This document shows, in pieces, positions 35,751 to 45,425 of a stretch of DNA of 64,000 nt (position 1 is its first letter; the number at the start of each line of letters is the position of its first letter). Below the pieces are notes generated by a model. The model was not told the DNA's origin. It made no database searches and saw only the letters and a program-made list of their open reading frames with translations. Location: NCBI GenBank assembly GCA_030146365.1, contig JASLBU010000187.1, positions 49 to 64,048 of the forward strand, read 5' to 3'. Origin of the DNA: Candidatus Limnocylindria bacterium. Its GTDB lineage: Bacteria; Chloroflexota; Limnocylindria; QHBO01. The translations under genes were made by a program, and so were the position numbers.

Positions 35751-38567
35751 TCAACCGTCGCCGCCGCCTCCTCCGCCGCCGCCACCGCCTCCTCCGCCGC
35801 CGCCACCGTTGCCCGGACGCGGGGTCGGTGCCGGCGTGGGCGCCGGAGTCGGTGCCGGGGGTGCCGGTGGAGCCGGGGTGGCCGCCGGCGGCGGGGGCGC
35901 GCCGGCAGGCCCGCCGGCGGGAGGACCCGTCGTCGACCTGGGCCGCGCGCCACGCTCTCCGCAGATGGCGGGGAACGACGATTCACCGGGGATCGGCGCG
36001 ATCGCGAACCGGACGTCCTCGTCCTCCTGGTAGTCCGCGGGGTCGCCACTCGCTCCCGTCTGCCCGCTCACGAGCCGGTCCGACCAGGTGTCGGCCGCCT
36101 CGAGCCATGGGTCCGGCCGCTCTGGCGTCGCGGTCGAGACGTAGCGCTCCAGATCCAGGCAGCCGTTCACGTGAACGTTGTCCACTTCCGGGACCGTGCC
36201 CTCCAAAAACGGAACGGTGATGGTCTTGCCGCAGCGACCGGAGTCGGCCATGCCCGTCCAGCGGCACACCTCCTCGGTGACGATGCCGTCCGGCTGTTCG
36301 AACGCGGTCTGGCCGACGGGCTCCTGCCCGTTCCACGCCCACGGCTCGTTGAGCGCCCTGGTCATGAACTCGTTCCATGCGTACAGCGGGCCATCGGCGC
36401 TGAACAGGCCCTCGCCGAGCACGTTCGACATCTGTGCGTTGTCGCTGTTCCCCATCCACACGCCGGTCACCAGGCTCCCCGGCACGTATCCGAAGCCGGA
36501 CACGTCTCGGAAGTCGTTCGTGGTCCCGGTCTTGAACCCGGCCGGCCGTCGCTCCTCGTCCACCGTGAACAGGTTCGCGCGGTCACCCCACAGGATGTTC
36601 TTCTTGGGGTCGGTGTTGCCCTCGATGATCCAGTGCGTCAGGTACGCCTCCGCCGCCGTCATCGGCTGCGTCGGGGCAGGGGCATCGTCCTCGCGGGTGT
36701 AGATGATCCGCCCGTCCCGGTTGCGAATCTCGATGATGGACGTCGCGCGGTTCAGCTCCCCTTCCTGGGCGAAGGCGCCGTACGCCTGGGTCATGTTCGT
36801 CAGGTTGACCGGCACCGAGCCCAGTGCCAGAGACAGCCCCGGATCGAGGCCCATGATGTACTCCGCCGTCGCGATGCCCATCTTCTCGGCGAACTCCGCG
36901 GTCATCTGCGACCCGACGAGGTACTGCATCTGGACCGAAGGGATGTTGAGGGAGTAGCGGAGTGCGTCGACCGCGAGCACCGGGCCGTGCTCCTTGATGT
37001 CGGCGTTCGTGGGCCGGTAGCTGGTCTCCTCCGTCAGCCCGAACTCGGTGATGGCGTCGACGAACATCGTGCTGACGGTGGCGTCGCGGGACTGGAAGGC
37101 CGCGGAATACGTGATCGGCTTGAAGGCCGATCCGGGCTGTCGGCGGGACTGGCGCGCGATGTCGTACTGGCCCTTCACCGCGGGATCGTCGCGGTTGTAG
37201 TAGTCGACGCTGCCGACGTAGGCGACGATCTCTCCGGTCGCCGAGTCGATCGACACCAACGCAGAGTTGTTCACGTTCTTGTCGCCGCAAAGATCGTTAT
37301 CGGGGACGTCCTCGGACAGGCACTTGACCCACTTCTGGACGATCTCGTGGGCGACCTGCTGGAGCTCGTAGTCGAGCGTCGTCACGATGCGGTACCCACC
37401 GGTCCGCACCTCCGCGGCCGGGTCCTCGTGGCCCAGGGCGGCGAGAATCCGCTCCGCCTCGTCGCGCACCCGGAAGCTGAAGTGCGGCTCTCGCAGCACG
37501 CTGGTGATGCGTCCGGGCTCCATCTCCAGCCAAGTGGTGGCGCGCGCCCGGTTGTACTCGCCGCGGGTGATGTAGCCCTCATCGAGCATCGCGCCAAGGA
37601 CGAGGTCGCGCTCGCGGAGCGCATCGGCGGCGGCCTCCTCGCTTCCCGGCTCGCCGTTCGGGTTCTGGTACGGGTCCAGGAACGAGGGGGCCTGCGGGAG
37701 GGCGGCCAGGAAGGCGGCCTGGGCGATCGACATGTCGTTGAGGTCCTGGAGGCCGAAGTAGTTGGCGGCGGCGGCCCGGATGCCATACGAGCCGTTGCCG
37801 TAGTAGATGAGATTCAGGTACGTCTCGAGGATCCGCTCCTTGCCCGCCCGCCCCGGATACGCCGAGGTGACCTGCATGGCGAGGATGTTCTCGCGGATCT
37901 TGTCCTCGATCTCGACCGAGTTCTTCGGCTCCGGAGGCTGGCAGACATCCGTCTCATCGGCCTCCTCATCCGCCGCTGGCTCGGCGCTCGCGGCCGCGTC
38001 CGGATCGACCTGGAGCAGGCTGGGCGCCGGAGTGGCGTCCGCATCGACGCTTTCTCCCGCCTCCTCTGCCTGCAGGACCTGAGCGTAGTCGATGACCTGC
38101 TGGGTGATGGTGGAGGCGCCCTGCCTGATCTCGCCCGCCTCCAGGTTGACGATGGCCGCGCGCACGATGCCCTGGAAGTCCACGCCGTTGTTCTCCCAGA
38201 AGGTGCGGTCCTCGCTGGCGACCGTCGCCTGCCAGATGGTCTCGGGCAGCTCCCCGAAGTCCACGGCTTCGCGGTTCTGGCATTCGAAGCGAGCCAGCAG
38301 CGTCTGGCCGGTGCGGTCGTACACGTAGGTGGACTCGGCAGGCTCGATGCCGTCGAGCACGTTCGGCTCGGGCAGATCGGAAGCGAAGTAGCTGTAGGCG
38401 GCGAACATGCCACCGGCCGTGCCCATGATCGACCCGACGAACATCATCCCGAAGACGCCGAGCGTAACGAGCAGGAACGTGGCGAGCCCACGGCGGCGGG
38501 ATCCGCGCCGGGTGGTTCGGCGCGTCATCATCAGATGACGCCGCCGCCGCTGGAGAGCCGGATGCAT
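35751..38567 (-). CDS. Class A penicillin-binding protein (glycosyltransferase + transpeptidase) with a Pro/Ala/Thr linker and a C-terminal poly-Gly tail
   Basis: GT51 motifs EDRTFWENNG and RQGASTITQQV are present, as are the TP motifs SAFKP, SLN and KTGT. Start re-anchored at ATG 38567 (MHPALQRRRRHLMMTRR..., basic cytoplasmic tail plus TM); ATG 38531 is an alternative. The listed ORF extends into the prepilin peptidase gene. Confidence 0.85.
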   Translation of the reverse strand: MHPALQRRRRHLMMTRRTTRRGSRRRGLATFLLVTLGVFGMMFVGSIMGTAGGMFAAYSYFASDLPEPNVLDGIEPAESTYVYDRTGQTLLARFECQNREAVDFGELPETIWQATVASEDRTFWENNGVDFQGIVRAAIVNLEAGEIRQGASTITQQVIDYAQVLQAEEAGESVDADATPAPSLLQVDPDAAASAEPAADEEADETDVCQPPEPKNSVEIEDKIRENILAMQVTSAYPGRAGKERILETYLNLIYYGNGSYGIRAAAANYFGLQDLNDMSIAQAAFLAALPQAPSFLDPYQNPNGEPGSEEAAADALRERDLVLGAMLDEGYITRGEYNRARATTWLEMEPGRITSVLREPHFSFRVRDEAERILAALGHEDPAAEVRTGGYRIVTTLDYELQQVAHEIVQKWVKCLSEDVPDNDLCGDKNVNNSALVSIDSATGEIVAYVGSVDYYNRDDPAVKGQYDIARQSRRQPGSAFKPITYSAAFQSRDATVSTMFVDAITEFGLTEETSYRPTNADIKEHGPVLAVDALRYSLNIPSVQMQYLVGSQMTAEFAEKMGIATAEYIMGLDPGLSLALGSVPVNLTNMTQAYGAFAQEGELNRATSIIEIRNRDGRIIYTREDDAPAPTQPMTAAEAYLTHWIIEGNTDPKKNILWGDRANLFTVDEERRPAGFKTGTTNDFRDVSGFGYVPGSLVTGVWMGNSDNAQMSNVLGEGLFSADGPLYAWNEFMTRALNEPWAWNGQEPVGQTAFEQPDGIVTEEVCRWTGMADSGRCGKTITVPFLEGTVPEVDNVHVNGCLDLERYVSTATPERPDPWLEAADTWSDRLVSGQTGASGDPADYQEDEDVRFAIAPIPGESSFPAICGERGARPRSTTGPPAGGPAGAPPPPAATPAPPAPPAPTPAPTPAPTPRPGNGGGGGGGGGGGGGGGGDG
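35757..35900 (-). repeat. Low-complexity GGC/GCC simple-sequence tract, encoding PAPTPAPTPAPT... then G17 at the PBP C-terminus
   Basis: Runs of gccgcc/ggcggc triplets are directly visible. They translate to a poly-Gly(17) tail. Confidence 0.6.
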
Positions 38568-38610
38568 CGCTCGCAGGGTACCAGCCGACGGATGCCGGGT
38601 CGAATGCCGG

Positions 38611-39288
38611 TCAGCGCACCACGGTGAGCACGCGACTGTCCACGAGCAGTGCGATGAGCGCGCCGCCGACGAGGAAGGGCCCGAACGGGATGTAGCTGCG
38701 CATCCCCACGCGCCGCAGGCCCAGCAGCGCGATGCTGGTACCGGCCGCCAGGAAGGCAGCCGCGAACAGCGCCGTGAAGATGGCCGGCCAGCCCAGCATG
38801 AGCCCGATGGGGGCCACGAGGTAGAGGTCACCGAGGGCGAGGCCACCACGGACGACCAGCGCAAGCGTCCCGAGGAAGGCAACCGCCGCGACGGCGCCGA
38901 TGAGCGCGTCGACCGGCTGGACGCCGGGGTTGAACGGCACGAACAACGCGGCGAGAAGGATCAGCGGGTCGAGGAGGATATGCGGCAGACGGCGTTGCTC
39001 GAGGTCCGTCGCCGTCAGCAGCAAGAGCAGACCCAGGAGGAGGAGATAGCCGGCAGTCGCCGCCCACGGCAGGGAGGAGCGGGCCACGACCGCGGCGGCA
39101 CCCAGCCCGGCGACCACCGCGAGGGCCACGGTGCGCCACCCCAGCGTTCGGCGCTGCGCCTCTTCGGCGGGCCAGACGCTCGCGAGACGCTCGGCGAAGG
39201 CGCCGAGCGCGGCGAAGCCGATCCCGGCAGCGATGGATCCGAGGGTGAGTCCCAAAGCGCCTCCTGTCCCCTGCCGCCGTCTTGTCAC
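38611..39288 (-). CDS. Prepilin peptidase (A24 family)
   Basis: Motifs LTATDLEQRRLP (first catalytic Asp region), GGLALGDLYL (the GGGD/KL block) and IPFGPFL are present. Start tentatively at GTG 39288, because the listed ORF would run into the divergent csbD. Confidence 0.6.
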   Translation of the reverse strand: MTRRRQGTGGALGLTLGSIAAGIGFAALGAFAERLASVWPAEEAQRRTLGWRTVALAVVAGLGAAAVVARSSLPWAATAGYLLLLGLLLLLTATDLEQRRLPHILLDPLILLAALFVPFNPGVQPVDALIGAVAAVAFLGTLALVVRGGLALGDLYLVAPIGLMLGWPAIFTALFAAAFLAAGTSIALLGLRRVGMRSYIPFGPFLVGGALIALLVDSRVLTVVR

Positions 39289-39445
39289 GTGCCCCACGCA
39301 CGCCGGCACCCCGCATCCTACGAGCCTGTGGCCGCCGGCCCATAGGCCGAAGGTCCGTGCAGGGTGGCCGTGAGCTGGCACGGACCCTGCTTCATATGGG
39401 GCATAGCCGGTCACCCGGCCGGCGGACACGGGAGGAACCGTACCC

Positions 39446-39634
39446 ATGGACAAGGATCGCATCGAAGGCCCCTTCAAGGAGGCCGGTGGCAAGGTCAAGG
39501 AAGGGTGGGGCGACCTCACGGACGACTCCAGCACCGAAGCCGAGGGCCACGTCGACCAGGCCGAGGGCAAGCTCCAGAACGACTGGGGCGAGACCAAGGA
39601 CACGGTCCGGGACGCCGTGGACGGCGACCGCTAG
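39446..39634 (+). CDS. CsbD-family general stress protein (62 aa)
   Basis: KEAGGKVKEGWGDLTDD...EGKLQNDWGETKD is the hallmark of CsbD repeats. Confidence 0.7.
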   Translation: MDKDRIEGPFKEAGGKVKEGWGDLTDDSSTEAEGHVDQAEGKLQNDWGETKDTVRDAVDGDR

Positions 39635-39656
39635 CGTTCACTGCACCCACCCCGCG

Positions 39657-39682
39657 CCCCGCCGGGCTCAACCCCGGTGGGG
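39657..39682. terminator. Candidate bidirectional hairpin between the convergent csbD and pepA genes
   Basis: 10-bp GC stem CCCCGCCGGG / CCCGGTGGGG (one G-U wobble) with loop CTCAAC, followed by a weak T-containing tail. Confidence 0.35.
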
Positions 39683-39699
39683 CGTCGTTGTGCGCGGGC

Positions 39700-41178
39700 T
39701 CAGGGCGTCTCGGCGGCGAAGTCGAGCGCCAGGCGGACGAGCATTCCAACCGCAGCGCCGGTGGCGCCCTTCGGCCCGTACGGCTTATCGGCACCCAGGT
39801 ACGCCGTGCCCGCGATGTCGCAGTGGACCCACGGAACGGTCGCGAACTCGGACAGGAAGATGGCCGACTTGATGAGCGAGCCGTCGCGGGTGGCCGAGTT
39901 GACGATGTCCGCGTGCGGCGAGTCGTAGGCGGCGCGGTATTCGGGGACCAGCGGCATCTCCCAGAACCACTCCCCCGCTCGCTCCGCTGCGGATCGGATC
40001 CGGGAACCCCACTCCTCGGGCCGGGCGAAGTAGGCGCTGACCTGGTCGCCGAACGCGACCGCGTGCGCGCCCGTGAGCGTGGCCACGTCGACCAGGTGCG
40101 TGGCGCCCTGGCGCTCCGCCCACGTCATCGCGTCGGCGAGGATGAGCCGGCCCTCCGCGTCGGTGTTCGTGATCTCGACCGTCATGCCGTTCATGGCCTT
40201 CACCACGTCGCCGGGACGCTGGGCGTTGCCGCCGGGCATGTTCTCCACCATCGGCGCGACGGCCATGAGCGGCGTCTCCGGCGCGAGGCGCGCCACGGTG
40301 CGGGCAGCGGCGATCACGGCCGCGGCACCCGACTTGTCGTGCTTCATGTCGCCCATGCCCTCCGCCGGCTTGATGCTGATGCCGCCGGAGTCGAAGCAGA
40401 CGCCCTTGCCCACGATGGCCAGCCGCCGCGCGGGATCGGCGGTCTCCCAGCCGGGGAGCTTGATCGCGATGAGCCGCGGCTCGTGGGTCGCGCCCTGCCC
40501 AACGCCGAGGAGGAGCCGCATGCCGAGCTCCTCCATCTCGCGCACCCCGAGGACCTCGACCGTGCAGCCGTCATCACTCAACTCGCGGGCGACCTCGGCC
40601 ATGCGCTCCGGGTACAGGTCGTTGGCCGCCCGGTTCGCCAGATCGCGGCCGAATGCGGTTCCCTCGCCGATCGCCGCGCCGGTGTCGAGGGCCGCCTGGT
40701 CCGCGCCGATGAACAGCACCTCGTCAACCGACCGCCGCATGGCATCGGTGTCGCGCACCCGTCCGTAGATGGCGGTCGACCGATACGTTCCGGCGATGGC
40801 GCCGGCGGCCGCCGCGCTCCAGGCGTCCGCGTCCTCTCCGTCACGCAGCCAGAGGGCGAGCGTGCGGGCGCCGCGGCCGTTCAGGCGGCGCGTGGCCACC
40901 TGCGCGAGTCGCCGGGCGCGGAAGGGGCCGCGCCCACGGGCGCCGCCGTTCAGCAGGAGGAGCCGCTCCGCGGGCAGGTCGCCGGCGTCCACCAGAGCGG
41001 AGGCATGCTCCACCGCGTTGAACTCGCCCCACTCGATGGCGGCCCGGATCGCGCCCCCCGAGGCGGCATCGAGCTCCGCCAGATCGCCGGTCAGCTCGGC
41101 ATCGTCCCGGTAGACCGGGACGGCCAGGACGTCGGCCGCCACAGTTGCGGGCGGATCTGAGATGGCGCGCAGACGCAT
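39700..41178 (-). CDS. pepA: Leucyl aminopeptidase (M17)
   Basis: M17 signature NTDAEGRLILADAL-like (NTDAEGRLILADAMTWAE), and the VGKGVCFDSGGISIKP and MKHDKSGAA blocks are present. Start re-anchored at ATG 41178 (MRLRAIS...). Confidence 0.85.
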   Translation of the reverse strand: MRLRAISDPPATVAADVLAVPVYRDDAELTGDLAELDAASGGAIRAAIEWGEFNAVEHASALVDAGDLPAERLLLLNGGARGRGPFRARRLAQVATRRLNGRGARTLALWLRDGEDADAWSAAAAGAIAGTYRSTAIYGRVRDTDAMRRSVDEVLFIGADQAALDTGAAIGEGTAFGRDLANRAANDLYPERMAEVARELSDDGCTVEVLGVREMEELGMRLLLGVGQGATHEPRLIAIKLPGWETADPARRLAIVGKGVCFDSGGISIKPAEGMGDMKHDKSGAAAVIAAARTVARLAPETPLMAVAPMVENMPGGNAQRPGDVVKAMNGMTVEITNTDAEGRLILADAMTWAERQGATHLVDVATLTGAHAVAFGDQVSAYFARPEEWGSRIRSAAERAGEWFWEMPLVPEYRAAYDSPHADIVNSATRDGSLIKSAIFLSEFATVPWVHCDIAGTAYLGADKPYGPKGATGAAVGMLVRLALDFAAETP

Positions 41179-41228
41179 GCGGATCGTGGCTCCTTCGTGA
41201 TGGGCGGGAGGGCGGCAGTATAGGTCGG

Positions 41229-42668
41229 TCAGCGGCAGTCCGAGATCCGCGCCGAGAACATCGTGAATGCAGATCCGGGAGCCACCTCCGTCCCCGCCGG
41301 CGGCTCCTGGTCGATGATCCCCTCCGGCTGGGACGGGTCCTCCGCGCAGCGCACGGTCCACTCCAACCCGGCCTGGCGGGCGAGCTCGATGGCCTCGCCC
41401 GTCGGCAGGCCGATGACGGCCGGGATCACGCTGTCCGCCGCCGTCGGCGCGGCCGAGGGCGCAACCGACGCGCTTCCGCTGTCGGTGCCCGGCGGCGAGC
41501 CGTCACCACGCTGCAGGAGCGGCACCACGACGAGGATGATCACGAGCGCGGCGGCGCCGAGGATGGCCAGCGTGCCGATCAGTCCGGCAAGGTTGCGCGG
41601 CCGCCGGCGGCGCGGCGGCGGCGGGGCGGCGCGCCTGCCACGAGGCTGCGCCGCACGGGGCCGCTCGAGCCCGATCGGCCGGGCCGGGGCCGGTACCGGG
41701 ACCGGGGGCGGCACGTAGCCTCGCGGCCGCGCATCGGTCCTCGCGCCTCGGTCGGGGGTCGCCCTGGCGACGACTCGAGTGTCGTCGTCCCCTCCGGGGT
41801 GCCCCGCCGCGGCAGCCGTCCCGAGCGCCCGCTCCATTGCGGTCGCCGTATGGAAGCGGCGCTCCGGCTCGCGGCGCAGCGCCTGGAGCAGGACGGCGTC
41901 CAGCTGCGCCGGGACGCCGGCGACGTGCGCGGACGGGGGCAGCACCTCGCCGCGCTGGTGCGCGGCGCTCACCTCGGAAGGAGTCGAACCCCCGTACGGG
42001 ACGCGACCAGTGATCGCCTCGTAGAGCACCACGCCGAGACTGAACAGGTCGCTCGCCGGCGTCAGCGCCTGCCCGGACAGCTGTTCGGGGGACATCGCCT
42101 GCAGCGTGCCGATGCTCATTTCCGTCTTCAGGCCGTCGTGCGGCGGCTGCGCGATGCCGAAATCGATCAGCTTCGCGGGACCCGGACCCAGCATCACGTT
42201 CGCCGCCTTGACGTCACAGTGGACGAGGCCCCGCTCGTGGACGACCCGCAGACCCTCGAGCAGCTCACGGCCGATGCGCACGGCCTCGGCCACCGGCACC
42301 GCACCTCGCTCACCGAGCACGTCGCGCAGCGTCCGGTGGCGATCCAGGAGCTCCATGACGATGAAGTGCGCGGCGCCGTCGGAGCCGGAGTCGTACACGT
42401 GGACGAGGCTCGGATGCGAGAGCGACGCCGCGGCTCGCGCCTCCCCGAGGAAGCGCTCCGTGAACGCGGCGTCGTCGCTGTACGGCGGGGCGAGCACCTT
42501 GACGGCGACGTCACGCTCGAGCCGCGCGTCGCGAGCCCGGTAGACGCGGGCCATGCCGCCTCGCGCCACCAGCGCGTCGATGCGATACCGATCCACCAGG
42601 GTGCGGCCGAGCATCGGGTCCGGCTCGAGCGGGGCGTCCCGCGACGGTGGGCGCGCTCCGTCGGTCAT
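41229..42668 (-). CDS. Ser/Thr protein kinase with a single C-terminal PASTA domain
   Basis: Catalytic loop HCDVKAANVML, DFG motif, a Pro/Arg-rich linker, a TM, then a PASTA domain. Start at ATG 42668, with ATGA overlap onto the upstream gene. Confidence 0.85.
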   Translation of the reverse strand: MTDGARPPSRDAPLEPDPMLGRTLVDRYRIDALVARGGMARVYRARDARLERDVAVKVLAPPYSDDAAFTERFLGEARAAASLSHPSLVHVYDSGSDGAAHFIVMELLDRHRTLRDVLGERGAVPVAEAVRIGRELLEGLRVVHERGLVHCDVKAANVMLGPGPAKLIDFGIAQPPHDGLKTEMSIGTLQAMSPEQLSGQALTPASDLFSLGVVLYEAITGRVPYGGSTPSEVSAAHQRGEVLPPSAHVAGVPAQLDAVLLQALRREPERRFHTATAMERALGTAAAAGHPGGDDDTRVVARATPDRGARTDARPRGYVPPPVPVPAPARPIGLERPRAAQPRGRRAAPPPPRRRRPRNLAGLIGTLAILGAAALVIILVVVPLLQRGDGSPPGTDSGSASVAPSAAPTAADSVIPAVIGLPTGEAIELARQAGLEWTVRCAEDPSQPEGIIDQEPPAGTEVAPGSAFTMFSARISDCR

Positions 42669-43537
42669 CGGCGAACCGTCTGCACGATCGAGGCCACCTG
42701 CAGGCGCGTGGATTCGACCGCTCGGAGCACCTCTGCGAGCCGTCCGAGTGGGGTGGCCGTGACCGCTGCGCCCCCCTCCCCGATGGCGATCCGGAGCGCC
42801 CGGTCGGCCGCCGCCGCCTCGTCCCGTTGCCCGGCGAAGTCGGCCGCCGCCTGGGACGCCGCCCCCCGGTCGCCCGCCCGCGTGGCCGCGACGACCCGTT
42901 CCAGCGCGCCGACCATCGCATCGGTCGTGTCGATCCAGACCGGCAACGTGGCGAAGTCGACCTCCCATGCCTGGAGCGCGTCGAGATCCGCCCGACCGGC
43001 GTCGATGCGAGCCTCGGCGGCGTCGATGTCTCCTGCCTCGAGCGCCGCGATGGCGCGATCGAGGGTCGCCGGGAGCCGCTCGGCACGGAGGCGCATCGCG
43101 ACGAAGTGATCCGCCGCGGTCACCGTGCCGTCGAGCTGCGCGGCGATGGAGCTTACGTCGCCTGGCCCAAGGTCGAGCTCAAGACCGGCCGCATCCGGGT
43201 CGAGCGCCCGCCGCGCGGCCTCGAGCGCCGCGATCGCAGCGTGAGCCGCGCGCTGTGAGGGCGCCGCCTTGCGCAGCTCCTCGGCGCCCAGGGCGAGGTC
43301 CTCTCCCGGAGCGTCGTCGCCCGCCACCACCGCGGCGGCGCCGGATCGCGCGGCTGCCAGGGCCGGCTGCAGCGCCGCTTCCAGGCGCTCCAGCGCTCGA
43401 TGTGCCTCGTCGGCCCGCGTCATGACCAGCGCGCGCCCCGCATGGGCGAGCCCCGGATCCGGACCTCCGCCCCCAAGGAGCGGCACGAGCAGCACGGCTG
43501 CCATGCACCCGAGGGCCACCGCGCCGCTGCCTATCAT
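42665..43537 (-). CDS. Hypothetical Ala-rich membrane/secreted protein upstream of the kinase
   Basis: Coding-like Ala/Leu/Asp-rich frame with an N-terminal hydrophobic segment (MAAVLLVPLLGG). The start is ATG 43537 or ATG 43504. The rest of ORF 42665..44350 is antisense to add. Confidence 0.45.
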   Translation of the reverse strand: MIGSGAVALGCMAAVLLVPLLGGGGPDPGLAHAGRALVMTRADEAHRALERLEAALQPALAAARSGAAAVVAGDDAPGEDLALGAEELRKAAPSQRAAHAAIAALEAARRALDPDAAGLELDLGPGDVSSIAAQLDGTVTAADHFVAMRLRAERLPATLDRAIAALEAGDIDAAEARIDAGRADLDALQAWEVDFATLPVWIDTTDAMVGALERVVAATRAGDRGAASQAAADFAGQRDEAAAADRALRIAIGEGGAAVTATPLGRLAEVLRAVESTRLQVASIVQTVRR

Positions 43538-43543
43538 GCAGCC

Positions 43544-44584
43544 ATGGACCTGGGCGACACGATCCGGGCGCTGCCGAAGGCCGAGCTGCATCTCCACCTG
43601 GACGGGTGCGTCCGGCCGGAGACGGCCGTGGAGCTGGCCGCTGACGCAGGCATCGGCCTCACGCTCGAGCAGGCACGGCAGCGGCTGATCGGCCCCGAGC
43701 GCTGCGCGAGCCAGGCGGAGCTGCTCGCCTTCTTCGACCTGCCGATCGCCTTGCTCCAGACGCGCGAGTCTCTCGAGCGAGTGAGCGGCGAGCTGGTGGA
43801 CGACCTCGTCGCGGACGGCATCCGATACGCGGAGGTTCGATGGGCACCTCGGCTCCACCTGGAGCGAGGCCTGGGCATCACCGATGTCATCGAGGCCGTT
43901 GCCGCCGGCGTCGCGTCGCGCGCCGCCGTTCGCGGCCCCCGGACGCCGCTGATCGGGCTGGTGGTGACGGCAATGCGCTCCCATCCGCCAGCCGCCAACG
44001 TCGAGCTGGCGGCCGCTGCGGCTAGCTTCGGCCATCCCGTCGTCGGCTTCGACCTGGCGGGGCCCGAGGCCGCGTATCCCGCCCCACCCCACGCGCTCGC
44101 CTTCGTCACGGCCCGCGACGCCGGGCTGGGGCTCACGGCGCATGCCGGCGAGGTGCCCGGCCCGGGGCGCGTGCGCGAGGTGCTGGACTTCGGCGTCCGG
44201 CGCGTCGCCCACGGGGTTACCGCGCACGAAGACCCGGCGCTCCTGGCTCTGCTGCGCGAGCGCGACGTCACGCTGGACCTCTGTCCCACCTCCAACGTCC
44301 AGGCCGCGATCGTGCGGTCGGTGAGCGAGCACCCGGCCGCGGAGCTCCACCGAGCCGGGGTGAGCGTGACCATCTCGACGGACGACCGAACGGTGACCGG
44401 GACGACCCTCACGTCGGAGCTGGCGCGGTGCGCGACGGAGATGGAGCTCCAGCCGCGCGAGCTCGCGGAGATCGCGATCAATGGCTTCCGACGCGGCTTC
44501 GCACCGCCGAGCGTCCGCGCGCCGTTCGTCGCGGAGGCACGAGCGGCGTGGGACGCCTGGGCCGCCGGCGCCGGCATCAGCTGA
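43544..44584 (+). CDS. add: Adenosine deaminase
   Basis: LPKAELHLHLDGC, LTAHAGE, RVAHGV, DLCPTSN and SVTISTDD blocks are present. Start re-anchored at ATG 43544. Confidence 0.85.
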   Translation: MDLGDTIRALPKAELHLHLDGCVRPETAVELAADAGIGLTLEQARQRLIGPERCASQAELLAFFDLPIALLQTRESLERVSGELVDDLVADGIRYAEVRWAPRLHLERGLGITDVIEAVAAGVASRAAVRGPRTPLIGLVVTAMRSHPPAANVELAAAAASFGHPVVGFDLAGPEAAYPAPPHALAFVTARDAGLGLTAHAGEVPGPGRVREVLDFGVRRVAHGVTAHEDPALLALLRERDVTLDLCPTSNVQAAIVRSVSEHPAAELHRAGVSVTISTDDRTVTGTTLTSELARCATEMELQPRELAEIAINGFRRGFAPPSVRAPFVAEARAAWDAWAAGAGIS

Positions 44585-45425
44585 CGCGCGACTCGAGCAG
44601 CGAGCGGACGGCGGGCGGGTCGGCCGCCACGGCGTGCGGGACCGAATCTCCCTCGAGGGCCCCCACGAGCGCCTCGTCGGCCACGCCGGTCAGCACCAGG
44701 ATCGCGGCCATGCCGGCGCGACGGGCGCCCGCCACGTCCGACGACGGGTTGTCCCCGACGACGACCGTCTCCTGGGCCGGGATCCCGCTCGCCTCCAGGA
44801 TCGCGCGGAACATGGCGGGCTCCGGCTTGCCGATGACCTCCGCCACGACGCCGGTCGCCGCGGACAGCGCGGCGACGATCGACCCCGCACCCGGCAGGAA
44901 GCCGTGGGCCGTGGGGTAGCGAGCGTCGGCGTTCGTCGCGATGAGGCGGGCGCCACCCAGGACGGCGCTCATCGCGGCCGCCATCGCGGCGTATGTGAAC
45001 GTCGGGTCCAGGCCCACGATCACCGCGTCGTACGCTCGCTCCAGCGGCGCTCCCGGCTGCGGCGCAGCGACGTCCCGGGCCATGTCGGTGGCCAGCCCGG
45101 CGGCGCGCAGCTCGTCCCGCATTCCCGACGCCCCGATTGCGAGGACACGCCGGACGTCGGGGGCGTGTCGCCCCAGGTGCTCCACCGTCGCCGATGAGGA
45201 TGTCACGATCTCCTCCTCCGTGGTGGTGATGCCCAGCTCCGCGAGGCGCTCGACGTACCCGGCGCGCGCGACCATCGAGTTGTTGGTCGCAAATCGGACC
45301 GCGACGCCGCGCTCGTGAAGCCAGTCCACGAGCTCGCGCGCCCCCGGGACCGGCTCCCTCCCTCGGTAGACGACGCCGTCCAGGTCGAAAATGACGAGAC
45401 GGACGCGATCGGGCAGCGGGTCCAC
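44577..45425 (-). CDS. HAD-IIA family hydrolase (NagD-like)
   Basis: VIFDLDGVVY (DxD motif I), the FATNNS block and the VGDNPSSDVAGA block are present. Start chosen at GTG 45425. Confidence 0.7.
   Translation of the reverse strand: MDPLPDRVRLVIFDLDGVVYRGREPVPGARELVDWLHERGVAVRFATNNSMVARAGYVERLAELGITTTEEEIVTSSSATVEHLGRHAPDVRRVLAIGASGMRDELRAAGLATDMARDVAAPQPGAPLERAYDAVIVGLDPTFTYAAMAAAMSAVLGGARLIATNADARYPTAHGFLPGAGSIVAALSAATGVVAEVIGKPEPAMFRAILEASGIPAQETVVVGDNPSSDVAGARRAGMAAILVLTGVADEALVGALEGDSVPHAVAADPPAVRSLLESRVS

Noticed and set aside
35334-38627. 1097-aa ORF on the plus strand
   Set aside because: It is antisense to the class A PBP and overlaps glgC out of frame. It has no domain features and a poly-Arg/Gly composition.
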